64,000 nucleotides of DNA from Malacoraja senta (GCA_038087875.1 CM076001.1:2170001-2234000), one strand, 5' to 3'. Positions 13,070 to 24,904 are shown, counted from the stretch's first letter. Notes: generated from the letters alone by a model not told the origin. Program-made: numbers and translations.

Positions 13070-13370
13070 GTGGTCGAGGTCCTAATTAAAGGTGATACAA
13101 ATAGTGAAGCTAGCAAGACGACCATAATGGGGGAGGGACGGAGAGAGAGGGAATGCAACGGTTACTTGAAATTAGATACATCAATATTCATACCACAGGG
13201 TGGTAAGCTGCCCAAGCGAATAAAGGAGGTGCTGTTACTCGAATTAGTTTGAGGACACATTCTCACAGTAGAGGAGGCTCAGGACAGAAAGGTCAATAAG
13301 TAAGTGGGAAGGGAGGTTAAAATGTATGGCAACTGCGAGCATAGGCAAAGGCGGACTGCTCTCTATCTCC
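13070..13370 (-). mobile_element. Penelope-like element fragment (GIY-YIG C-terminus)
   Basis: Homologous to the 33790-34262 element (HFNSPSH...LGSL-P-GMN region). Confidence 0.65.
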
Positions 13371-13585
13371 GGCAATTCTGTTTGACTACTCAAACAGCAT
13401 CTTGAAAATCCACCACCAGAGCTGAAAGGACAATGGCAACAAAAGCATTTCGAATACCACCACGTGGACGTTGCCCTCCAAGCCACACACCATCCCTATT
13501 TTGAAACGTATTGCCATTCCTTCGACGCTGCGTCGGAGTGTTTGCTATTAGGCGCGAGTATTGGAATATAGATAGCAATACTCAC

Positions 13586-13625
13586 AGTGCATCGACAGTA
13601 ACAGCAACTGTATTATTATCACCAT
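13586..13625 (-). CDS. Leader exon of the V at 12455-12743 (MVIIIQLLLLSMH-C)
   Basis: ATG, 13 codons plus T, then GTGAGT phase-1 donor; splices in frame to GT GCC CTT (842-nt intron). Confidence 0.85.
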
Positions 13626-13840
13626 GGTTCTTCTCCGCGTACTACGTGAATGCGACTGGGTACTTTCCCCCAAGCAACCTGTTGCATTTGTGGCCGGCAA
13701 ACGCATGCGTGGAAAGGGCCACGGACTCACACTATGCAGAACGTCTTTGCGAACAGTCATGTGGGAGAGGAGAACGTCAACGCAAAATAATCCGACTCTG
13801 AAGATGTACCTCTATAAATCATGACCCTCAATAATTCCCA

Positions 13841-13904
13841 ATGGAATTCAATGGACAATTATCTGGTTTAATCTCTGGTTTAATCTGGTGTCATTTGATG
13901 CTGG
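13841..13904 (+). other. Orphan leader-like exon (MEFNGQLSGLISGLIWCHLML-G)
   Basis: ATG, 21 codons plus G, then GTGAGG; TATA-like CTATAAAT about 30 nt upstream; no V exon follows. Confidence 0.4.
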
Positions 13905-14379
13905 GTGAGGTCACTTCCGCGTCAATCCCGAGCAATCCTCAATGAAGCTAAGCGGAAAAGAAATACAACCCTTGCTGTTGCCTAGACCTTATTAGCTACC
14001 AGAAGACAGACTGTTATAGATTTTCTAATTAATGTTTCTCCTTTCTAGAGGCCGCGGATCCGCAACACAGTGTTTCTCTCTCCAGCAAAATTAACTGCAC
14101 TATCAAGTATTTCCAACATTTTATATTCTGTTTTAGCTTAGCAACTTCTGAGCTGTTTATTTGCATGCCCAGCATGTCTGGTCTGACTTACTGACTTCTT
14201 CCTGGTCGTTAGTTCCCGGGTTCCTCTTTAACAGGCACAGATTCATTGGCGTTGAAAACATAGTGTGTCCTATTTTCATTTCGCGAGCCACGTGTGCATA
14301 GGATAAACGTTTCAAACCTTAATGAAATATGCGCGATAACCCGATTAGCATCAAGCGACGGAGAGACAGACCGAAGCTG

Positions 14380-14845
14380 CAGGGCCTGACACATGAGGAA
14401 AGAATGGGTCGACTGGGCTTGTATTCATTGGAATTTAGAAGGATGAGAAGGGATCTTATAGAAACATATATAATTACTCCGAGATTGGACATCCTAGATA
14501 CGTGAAAAATATTTCCCATGTTCGAGGAGTCCACGACTAGGCGTCCCAGTTTAAGAATAAGGGATAGGCCATCTAGGACAGAGATGAGGAAAAATATTTT
14601 CACCCAGAGAGTTGTGAATCTGTGGAATTCTCTGCCACAGAAGGCAGTGGAGGCCAATTCACTTGGTGTTTTCACGAGAGAGATTTAGCGCTTAGGGCTA
14701 ACGGAATCAAGGAATATGGGGGGGGAAAGCAGAAACGGGGTACTGATTTTCGATGATCAGCCATGATCATATTGAATAGCGGTACTGGCTTGAAGGGCCG
14801 AATGGCCTAATCCTGCACCTATTTTCTATATTTCTCTGTTTCTTT
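14380..14845 (+). mobile_element. CR1 LINE 3' fragment
   Basis: LGLYSLEFRRMR...WNSLPQKAV and CR1 3' UTR. Confidence 0.85.
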
Positions 14846-15075
14846 TACCTCTAAGCATAAAAATAAACGAGCAGTCAGCCTCGAACAACTCAACGGGTCG
14901 GGCAGCATCTGTGGAGGGAATGGACAAGATATATTGTATATCAATTTAGAACCCTTCGTCGGCCTCCGTTTCCCTCAATAATTAAATGTATACATTTCAT
15001 TCCAGGCTCTCGATGCTTTGGTATTGTCGGCGGTGGACAGTGCACTAACGACCAATTCTCTCCTCTCTCCTGCAG

Positions 15076-16680
15076 CTAACCTGGTGACAATTGCGATTCT
15101 CTCTAAAGGAAGGCGCTCTCTTGCGAAAGGTGTCACGTTGTATCTGGTCTTAGTGTCGGTGACGGATTGTTTTGGTCATTAACACTGCTGTGATATTAAG
15201 GCGGCTTCGGACGATTTATTTCCCATAGTGTCTTGTCTACCACTCCATCCTGCATTCTCGTTTATAACCTTAAGCTGGCTTTCCAATGATACTTATGCAT
15301 GGTTAACAGTTGAAATCACCTTTGATCGGTTCATTGCCATTTGCTGCCAGAAGCTGAATAGTAGATATTGCACACAGAAGACGCCACCCATCGTTATAGG
15401 AAAAGTATGCTGTTTGAACAATATTCCCTGCTACTTTGAATACGAGCCCATGTAGCTCATTGATAGCATGCCTTGGTTCTGCGGCTTTAAAGAAGCCAAT
15501 TACACTTTAATTGCACGGAGAGTGTATATCAATGGTTACACTGGATGTTGAACCCATGCGCTCCCTTTTTCGTGATGCTGCTGATCCTAAACAGAACGAC
15601 ATCGAGATAGAAAACTGGAGAAAATCCGTTATTTTACTCATGACGATCTCAGGAAGTTTCATCCTGCGACGGTTGACGTTCGTTGTAAATTTTATTTTCG
15701 TGCAATTACCCACAATATTTATCCGAACGGCACCAATGCCAACGACCCAAGATTTATCCTCCAAAGGGGGGACCTTATAGAAGGGGGGATCTTATAGAAA
15801 CATATAAAATTATAAAAGGACTGAACAAGCTAGATGCAGGAAACATGTTCCCAATGTTGGGCGAGTCCAGAACCAGGAGCCACAGTCTTAGAATAAAGGG
15901 GAGGTCATTTAAGACTGAGGTGAGAAAAAAATACTTTTTCACCCAGAGAGTTGTGAATGTATGGAATTCCCTGCCACAGGGGGCAGTGGAGGCCAAGTCA
16001 GTGGATGGATTTAAGAGAGAGTTAGATAGGGCTCTCTATGGGGATATGGGGAGAAGGCAGGCACGGGTTATTGATAGGGGACGATCAGCCATGATCACAA
16101 TGAATGGCGGTGCTGGCTTGAAAGGTCCAATGGCCTCCTCCTGCACCTAGATACATAGATACATAGAAAATAGGTGCAGGAGTAGGCCATTCGGCCCTTC
16201 GAGCCTGCACCGCCATTCAATTTGATCATGGCTGATCATCCAACTCAGTATCACGTACCTGCCTTCTCTCCATACACCCTGATCCCTTTAGCCACAAGGG
16301 CCACATCTAACTCCCTCTTAAATATAGCCAATGAACTGGCCTCAACTACCCTCTGTGGCAGAGAGTTCCAGAGATTCACCACTCTCTGTGTGATTTTTTT
16401 TCTCATCTCGGTCTTAAAGGATTTCCCACTTATCCTTAAGGTGTGACCCCTGTCCTGGACTTCCCCAACATCGGGAACAATCTTCCTGCATCTAGCCGGT
16501 CCAACCCCATAAGAATTTTGTAAGTTCTTACAAAAGTTTTTACCTAGCTTCTATTTCTATGTTTCTATGTTTCTAAAGAAGCGGATAGATGCTGGAGATT
16601 CTAAGCACCTGCACTGACACGTGTTTCTATGTGGGGATTCAGACTAAGTTCGGAGAGCAATTGAGTGTGCTCTAAAATCC
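15076..16680 (+). pseudogene. GPR139-like class A GPCR pseudogene (exon 2), split by CR1 insertions
   Basis: ctgcag acceptor then ANLVTIAILSKG...WLTVEITFDRFIAIC...KSVILLMTISGSFIL...DPRFILQ [CR1 insertion about 15765-16574] EA..MLEILSTCTDTCFYVGIQTKFGEQL; stops and frameshifts; colinear with the intact gene at 31844-32742. Confidence 0.85.
15765..16574. mobile_element. Two CR1 3' fragments, tail to tail; the minus copy sits inside the 3' tail of the plus copy
   Basis: CR1(+) 15765-16149, CR1(-) about 16150-16535, residual (CTATGTTT)n tail to 16574; aaag repeated at both ends (possible 4-bp TSD). Confidence 0.8.
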
Positions 16681-18816
16681 ACTTTTAATTTAATCGGTAA
16701 ATTGTTCCGGTCACAGACATAATTTACGTTTCTGTTATATTCCAACAGTTATTGGGATGAACGAACATATTGGGAAGCATTGGCACTGCATACCAGCGAA
16801 GTCAAATTAATGGTTGTCCGTGCTGATAGAATTTTAACTCCATATGGGAAATCAATTCTCTTATGCCATACGAAATTGTTATTTATGGGTACATTCTCTT
16901 ATTTTTCGTTTCAAGGAATCGTCCAGGCGGGCATAATTTATTGATTTCTGAAGGGATTTAAGAGGCCATGTAATAGTTGTCTACCACAGTTTGTCAATTA
17001 CGCAAGTAAGGAACTGCAGATGCTGGAATCACGAGAAAAACAAGAAGTGCTGGGGTTATTCAGCACGTCAGGCAACATCACATGGTGAGGGCACATTTCA
17101 GGGCGGAACACTTGTACCGACTGATTATAGTGGAGGGGAAGGTAGAGAAGAGAGTGGGCGAGCAAATCCCGGCAAGTTATAGGTGGATGCAGGTGAGAAG
17201 GAATTTGATTGGCAGACGGGTGGGCACAAACTGGAGATAAAAAGGAAACGGTAGGGTGTAAGATGAGAAGAGAAGATGAGTTAAATGCGAAACCAGAGGA
17301 GGAGATATAGGTAGGAGGGGATGAGGGGAAGGGGGAAAGAGGGCGGCATATTGCGTGAAATTCATACGTACCAGGTTGGGACACAGGGAATGGGGTGGGG
17401 GTACCTAAGATTGGAGATCTCAAAGCGCAAACGCCGAATCCACAGAATATTTCAGTGCTATTGACCCCGCAACATTTCAGTGCAATAAGAGACCCATTCG
17501 ACACCGACGGGTTGGATATACGGACGCTAAAAGTCCCAACCCCACTACGCTGAGAGACAGATTCATTACTGCAACGCTCAGGTCATTCCACCGACCCCCT
17601 CAACCCTAATCCTATCCAGGCATGAAACACGCCGATCGCCTGTCCCATAACTATTTTTCGAATTATGTTTTGCACTGCTGTCTTGTTTTTCACGATCATT
17701 TCAATTTCACGGTCTTGTATATCATTTGTGTAAAATGTATGTATAATTTAAGCTTGATGTGTTGTCAGCGTCTACGTGGCTGTGCCGCTGCTTTCAAGCA
17801 AGAATTTCGTTGTAACTGTACCTTGTGGTAATTTTGCGTTTAACAATAAACTCAACTTGACTTGCATCCCAGACGCAAAATCCACGCTGGGAGTTACAGT
17901 GAGAAGTCAATAGAGGGCGCTTTTATCCAGGAACCCCTCAAAGAACGGAAGTGCTCTTGGATAAGGAGCGGAAGTGGCCTGGTAAGTCGCTCGAGTTCGG
18001 TGCGTCGATCATTAAGGCACGCCTTACTTCTACGCCGTCGCGCCCCCCGGTGTTCAGGTAAAATTCAACCCCCCCCCTCGCTCTGAAAACTCTGAACTCC
18101 ATTGAGCAGAATTTGCAACAATTTTCTTGCCGTTTTCTGCGCATGGAATTACTGAGTCACATCATACCCAAACTCGTGACATGTTCCTTTACATCTGCGA
18201 AAGACCCACCTTTTCAAGTGTTTCGTAATAGAGGAACACACTGCCCGATTCCACTGTTTAAACTCTTTCATGTTTTTTGCCTGCCTGACTAAGGTACGCG
18301 TTCCTGCTGCGCGGCTTATAAAACAAATCTACGGAACATTCTTCCTTGGAACAACCTTTCATCCGAGCAATTAGTCTCAAGGGAATGAAAATTCTGCCTG
18401 CCCGCTCAGAATAAAAAAAAGACCACCTTCACGTACAGACAAAATGCCATGTTCGATAATTGCGCTTCCAGTGTAAAAGTATTTTTCGTTATGATTACCA
18501 CACGCACCTGCAAACGAAATAGTATGCGCTTACGTAATCCTTGGCGGCCTAGGCGCTCCTTGCTCATTCGTTAGTTATTTTCTGAAATATATTCAGTGAG
18601 ACGTGAAATGAACTGACGTTGGATTCAGCCATCCAATCATTTCACAATATTCATTCTCATTGGTCCCCGTATGACGGTGGTTAATGCCCAGCCAATCCCT
18701 GCGCAAACAATCCCTGCCCTTCTTCTCCCTCGGTTTTGAGTTCATTCTGCAATGCAAGAAAGGAAGGGTAACATTTCCAAGAAGTAACCTACGAGTCTAA
18801 CTTTAAAGCAGACATC

Positions 18817-18871
18817 ATGTGTTCCTCTTGTTCCTCTTGTTCCTTTCTGCTGATAATGATTGCGCTTCCTG
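18817..18871 (+). CDS. Leader exon (MCSSCSSCSFLLIMIALP-G)
   Basis: ATG, 18 codons plus G, then GTGAGT; 92-nt intron to the V exon. Confidence 0.88.
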
Positions 18872-18963
18872 GTGAGTCTCTGTTTGAATAGTCAACGTAC
18901 AATGAAATAGAAGTCCGTTATGCTCATTTCACATCATTTCGAATACTCTGCGTTTCATTACAG

Positions 18964-19273
18964 GGGCCGCTGGCGAAGATTCCGTGTCACAGCATCCATC
19001 TGTATTAACAACGCAGGAAGGGCAAACAATAACGCTCAGCTGCAATTACTCCTCAACCTACACATCAGGTTTCAAGCTCTTCTGGTACATCCAACGACCG
19101 GGGGAAGCTCTTCGATATTTATTGAAAAGATTCAGCGGGGACGGGCAAGATCGGTCTCCAGATTTCCCGCCCAGGTTCTCTGCTGATTTGGACCTGGATA
19201 GGAAAACCATTCCTTTGGCAATCTCCGGAGTGGTTTACTCCGACGCCGCGGTGTATCACTGTGCTCTGAGTCC
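18964..19273 (+). CDS. TCR alpha/delta V exon, open frame
   Basis: GAAGEDSVSQHPS...TLSCNYS...LFWYIQRPG...DAAVYHCALSP; RSS follows. Confidence 0.92.
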
Positions 19274-19312
19274 CACGGTGTGTCTGGTGCTTTGTTCACC
19301 CTTACAAATACC
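19274..19312 (+). other. 23-RSS
   Basis: CACGGTG, 23 bp, ACAAATACC. Confidence 0.88.
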
Positions 19313-19415
19313 AAGAGCTCCGCCCCCATTTCACTGAATTGGTTTGCACATCTATATTGCGATAGGATGCAACTTGAACAAATTCTGAGAATTCTGGATC
19401 AATTGTTTTTTAATG

Positions 19416-19582
19416 NNNNNNNNNNNNNNNNNNNNNNNNNNNNNNNNNNNNNNNNNNNNNNNNNNNNNNNNNNNNNNNNNNNNNNNNNNNNNNNNNNNNN
19501 NNNNNNNNNNNNNNNNNNNNNNNNNNNNNNNNNNNNNNNNNNNNNNNNNNNNNNNNNNNNNNNNNNNNNNNNNNNNNNNNNN
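19416..19582. other. Assembly gap (167 N)
   Basis: Run of N. Confidence 1.
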
Positions 19583-19863
19583 TCGTGGACACTTCGGCCC
19601 ACCGAGTCCCAGGTTAGAATCTGATCTCGGGTGCTGTCTATGAGCAGTTTGCACGTTCTCCCACTGACCGCATGGGTTTCCTGCGGCTGCTCCGGTGACC
19701 TCGCACACTGCAGGTTTGTGGATGAATTGGCTATTGTAAATTGCCCCGACTATGTACAAAGTGGATTCGAAAGTGGGATAACATAGAGCTAGTATGAACG
19801 GGAGATCCAGGGTCAGCGTGGACTCGGTGAGCCGAAGGGCCTGTTACCATGCTGTATCTTTCA

Positions 19864-21313
19864 TTTATTTTTATTTTTATTTTATTAGAAGTTAATACAA
19901 TACAAAACAATACAGTGGCACCTAATTTTAGGTGCCAACTATGTCATAACGTAATGCATTCTATGTACAACCTCTGGTTTTATGTTTTTGAAAAGGAGGT
20001 AAAAAAAAAAATAAAGAAAGAAAAAAAAATAGAGAAAAGAAAGAGGAAAAATAAATAGAAGAAAATAGAAAAACGTGAAGTGTGTATATAAGAAAAGAAA
20101 AAATAGAAAGTAGAAATAGTAGAAAAAGACCCTTAAAAAAGAAATTTTCAAATGTTTGTTTGGAGATGTAAATCTATCCACGACCTGACCTGAAATCAGT
20201 AATCTTTACGGTACTGCTGCATCACATGATTCCAAAATCCTTAAGAATTGGTCATATTTATCTATTAAGCGGAGTCTCATTTCTTCAAGGTGTGCTATGT
20301 CCGTCATATTCCTAATCCACATTTTAATATGTTGGCATAGCTGTATTTTTCCAAAATTTAAGTATCAATTTCTTTCCAATTATTAACCCATAATTAAAGA
20401 ATACTTTTTGGTCTTTGTTTAAATTGATATCTTCTAATATTATTCCAAATATAATCCATTCCATATTAGGTTCTATTCTTGACTTGAAGAGCTTTGTAAA
20501 TATATCAAATATATCGCTCCAAAATGTATTAAACTTTGTACATACTACAAATGAATGTGTTATATTGGCATTTTGAAACAAACATTTATCGCATCTGGGA
20601 CAGACATTTGGGTAACATTTATTCAACCTCGTTTTTGAATAATATAGTTTATGTAATAATTTAAATTGAATTAAATTATGTCTTGCATTAATGGAACAAT
20701 TATGTGTATTCATCAGATACTTTTCCCATCTATCTTTCGGGATCTGTATCATTAGTTCATGTTCCCAATCTTCTCTTAGTGCCTCTGTTGAGGGTAATTC
20801 TCTATTTAATATACTATTATAAAAATATGATATTAGTTTTTCTGAAAGCCTTAATATTCATTGCTTCTTCTAAAGGGTCTAAAAATATAGTTTGAGATCT
20901 ATGTATATATTTCTTCATAAAGTCACATATCTGTATATATTTAAAATATTGATTATCATTCAGTTTAAATTTGAATTTTAATTGTTGAAATGATAACAAT
21001 TTGCCCAGTTCATACATATCTCCTACTTTCCCAATCCCCAATCTATCCCATTGTTTATATGTTTTGTGAATAATTGGGTTCTTCTTATATATTATACTAT
21101 TCAGTTTTATTGGTGAGAACAAGATCGTTCCCATATCGTACGGGAAACACTCCTCTTTTTCCATTCTTATCCACTCCGACTGGTGAGTTGAACTATCCAA
21201 CCAGTACATTATGTTCTTAATATGCACTGCCCAGTAGTAATACGTAAAGTTAGGTAGTGATAAACCCCCAGCTTCTTTAGGTTTACACAAATGCTTTCGT
21301 TGAATTCTGTGTG
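19864..21313 (-). mobile_element. 5'-truncated L1/Tx1-clade LINE with 19-bp TSD, inserted in the 3' end of an HE1-like SINE
   Basis: GGLSLPNFTYYYWA and Cys-rich CPRCDKC...HSFVVC ORF2 C-terminus; TACCATGCTGTATCTTTCA at 19845-19863 and 21314-21332; A-rich tail. Confidence 0.88.
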
Positions 21314-22602
21314 TACCATGCTGTATCTTTCAATGGATGAATTCAATCAATCCGCAGCCTGAACTCGATACAACTCTTCATTGTGACCCTGCATTCTTTG
21401 TTTTAGCATCAATTTCTGATTTGACTTAGGTTTTACAGTATTTATATTTTTTGCCTTTCCATGTTAATTATCCCCCGGTTTCATCTTAGATACTAAATTT
21501 ATCAGAAGCTATACCATGGGTTTCATCTCCGTCCTGTTGTTTTTTGGAAGAACTGTTCACGATGAGCTGCGCCCACATTAGAACGTCACGAATCAGATAT
21601 TCGGGTAAAGCAAAGGACGAGGGACTTGATTGGGCCAATCGAAGAAGAAATTATCTTGGAACTGATAAGACGAATCGGAAAACAAAGTGGCTCGATTCTG
21701 ATTGATTCCTTCTTGTTCATTCTGCGGTGAGCCAATCAGCAATGAGACAGGATATAATTCGTAATTTCCTGACTGAATGGACTCTCATTGTCAGCCATTC
21801 TATTCGAAAACGCCACCTGTAAACACACCTGCTGTTCCGCCCATTTGCGCTCATTTAACTATTGAGTTTCCGTTACACCGACGTGTTGACGGTGTTACCG
21901 GCATTGTCAACTTTCTACTCACTGCTTTAATTCGAGGTTAAAGACTATAAATCTCACATTTATGATAGAGGGTCATGGACATATAGCGATACAGCGTGGA
22001 CACAGGCCATTCGGCCCAACTTACCCACATCGGCTAACATGTCACAACATTAGTCCCACCTCCCCGTGTTTGGCCCATATCCCTCCAAGCCATGTACCTG
22101 TGCAACTGTTCCTTAAGCGTTGGGATAGTCCCTGCCTCCACTACCTCCTATGGCAGCTTGTAGCATACCCCCCCCCCCACACACACACTTAATGTGAAAA
22201 GGTTCCTCAGATTCCTATTGAATCGTTTCCCCTTCTTAAACTTACGTACTCTGCTCCTCGATTCACCTACTCTGGGCAAGAGATTGTGTACCTCCTCCCA
22301 TGACTTTATACACTTCCATAAGATTAATAATGAACATTTGAAACACAGAACATTTAACAGTATAATCGGGAACAGCCCCCCCCCCCCCGCCCCCCAACAT
22401 ACACACAGACATACATACAATGACGGAGCCACACATGATGTCAAGTCAAGTTAAATTATTCGCACAATAAAATAATTCCCAATCTCCGTTATGCTTTTTC
22501 TGTGTTCGGATAGCCGAATGTTTTGATCGATATCAAGGACGATTGCTTGTAAAACTGCACAGAACAGAATATATGGACGCCGGGTGACAAAACTGGAGTT
22601 TT

Positions 22603-22616
22603 CCAGCAGATGGCAG
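22603..22616 (+). promoter_or_regulatory. CTCF-like binding motif
   Basis: CCAGCAGATGGCAG fits CCASYAGRKGGCRS; about 130 bp from tRNA-Leu. Confidence 0.6.
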
Positions 22617-22742
22617 TAGTGTACTCGTCTGAAAAATAAAACGGGCCTTACTTGTATAACATTGCGTCCCGCACAGGCCAATTGCGAATAATAACGATTT
22701 AAAAATCAACGTTTATGCACAGAAATGCTTTTACTTTCTAAA

Positions 22743-22825
22743 ACCAGCATGGTCGAGTGGTTAAGGGGTTGGACTTAAGATCCAATGAACGAGTGTTCAC
22801 GTGGGTTCGAAACCCACTGCTGGTA
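22743..22825 (+). tRNA. TRL-TAA: tRNA-Leu (anticodon TAA); weakened D-stem; may be the head of a SINE
   Basis: 83 nt; acceptor ACCAGCA/TGCTGGT paired, anticodon arm TTGGA-CTTAAGA-TCCAA, variable arm GAAC/GTTC, T arm GTGGG-TTCGAAA-CCCAC; G-G mismatch in the D-stem; no TTTT terminator directly downstream. Confidence 0.75.
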
Positions 22826-22835
22826 ACTGTCATTT

Positions 22836-22893
22836 AAGCGACTTTGAGTCCTGAAAAGCGCTATATAAATAAAATGTATTATTATTATTATTT
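22836..22893 (+). mobile_element. L2-clade LINE-type 3' tail abutting tRNA-Leu
   Basis: AAGCGACTTTGAG...AAAAGCGCTATATAAATAAAATG(TAT)n; same architecture as the L2 tail at 48990-49075. Confidence 0.65.
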
Positions 22894-23690
22894 AGGCACT
22901 TGGATATGCAAATAGGGATATAGATCATGTGTAGGCGGATAATGTTCTTCGAATCTTCGAATCGCATTCAAAACAAATATGGGGACAGTTCCTGTACTAT
23001 TCTGCGTTCACTATTCATTTTCATCTTCCTTTCTCTGCCAAGTGAAATAGATACTTGTCCCAAAACCGATGGCCAAAGGAAGATAGCCTTGTCTTAATAA
23101 CAAGGATCATCGATGACACCGGCAAGGATGGCTTTTCCCGCTTCATGATAAAGATAATTCATCTAACGGTAACGCGAGCCTTGATGTTCAAGAAAAGAAT
23201 ATTGCAGACATAACCCAGATGCTTGAATTTAGCTGTTTGAATTCACGACGAATCTCATCGTGTCTGGCGTACCAAATATATGATGTTCTATCTGATGTAT
23301 GTCCTAAGAGAGTGTAATTTGGTGAATTATGTTTACGATCACTCAGGACTTTTCTGAATGATGAGGATTATCTATTCCCATTAATTCCCACCGTTGCAAA
23401 ATCCAGACGAAGGCATCAGCTACCCCAGTTGAATCCTCAATCGAACGTGCGTCCGGTAATAAAACAAACTGATGCTCAGCTGTAAGTGTAACTGTTCAAC
23501 TCCCGCCCATCGATCCCACTGCACCAACAGAGACAACAGGTAGTGACGCAGAGAGGGTCATGATGATCGCGCGCAAATTCCTGTGGGAGGGCGCCAGATA
23601 TACCTTCAAATGCTGAGATCCACCCTTTCATCTCTCTTCGTAGTTGCTTCTTCGTAACCCTGTTTGCTATATTCACAATCTACAGTCCGA

Positions 23691-23742
23691 ATGGATGCAA
23701 TGCGATTCTTGTATTTCTGCTTTTTGACAGCGCTTCTGCCAG
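23691..23742 (+). CDS. Leader exon (MDAMRFLYFCFLTALLP-E) of the V at 25462
   Basis: ATG, 17 codons plus G, then GTAAGT; in frame with AA CGA GGT across a 1719-nt intron. Confidence 0.82.
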
Positions 23743-24179
23743 GTAAGTGTGAATCAAACATAATTTAATCTCTCTGTCTGCTGGATCACTTTGAAGCTCA
23801 ATGATTCAATGGTATTTTATTATCACACCTATTCGGGTACCATGAAATTATTTCAATCAACCAATCAATCAATCAATCAGTTTTATTCATCACATACACA
23901 TATAAGTGCAGTGAAATAAATATGCCAGCAGCCGTATAATCAAATTCAGTCGACATCTGAACAATCACACAATTCAGTCGACATCTGAACAATAATCCTT
24001 ATATACGAATGGGCAGTTTTGGGCCCTATATCTGAGGAAGGATGTGCTGGCGTTGGGGTGGATCCAGAGGCGGTTTACCAGAATTATCCCACGAATAATT
24101 CGTGGTGTTCCTCCAACATTTTTGTATACCTTCGATTTTTACAGCATCTGCAGTTCTTTCTTAAACAACTCTTCCCACG

Positions 24180-24640
24180 AATAATTGGGTTAACATGTGA
24201 TGAGCGTTTGAAGGCACTGGTCTTGTACTCGCTGGAGTTTAGAATGAGGGGGGGGGCTCTTTGAAACTGACGGAATACTGAAAGGTCTGGATAGAGTGAA
24301 TGTACAGAAGATGTTTCCACGGGTGGGCGAGTCGAGAATCAGAGATCATAGCCTCAGAATAAAAGGGGGTACCTTTGAAAAGGAGATGAGAAGGAATTTA
24401 TTTCATTAGATGGTGGTGAATGTGTGGAATTCATTACCACATGCGTCTATGGGGGATAAGTCAAATGACATTTTTAAGGCGGAGATGGACAAATTCTAGA
24501 TTAGTACGGTTGTCAGAGATTACGGGGAGAAGGCAGGAGAATGGATTTAGGTGGGAAAGATAGATCAGCCGTGCTTGAATGGAGGAGTAGACCTGGTGGG
24601 TCGCATGGCCTAATTCTGCTCCTAGAACTTATGAGCTATT
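24180..24640 (+). mobile_element. Decayed CR1 3' fragment in the V intron
   Basis: IGLTCDERLKALVLYSLEFRMRG... Confidence 0.75.
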
Positions 24641-24904
24641 ATGAACATGTAAGAATAGCAGATTACTCTGAGGCAGTACACAAGACTTGCCACGTTTCCG
24701 GCGACATCTTGCATCCTCCATGTTCACAGTTGTTATAAGTGTTATTCCTTAACACTTTTAGCATAAAGGCCAGTTGGCGTGGCGGCGACACTGGCTTTAC
24801 GTTTCAGGATTCGGCCTGGCCAGACGATTATGTGGATCTGCTCGACAGTTGCTCTTTCGCTGCAGGCCGCGTCCTCTCAGCGCGCATGACGATTTTTGTT
24901 CAGA

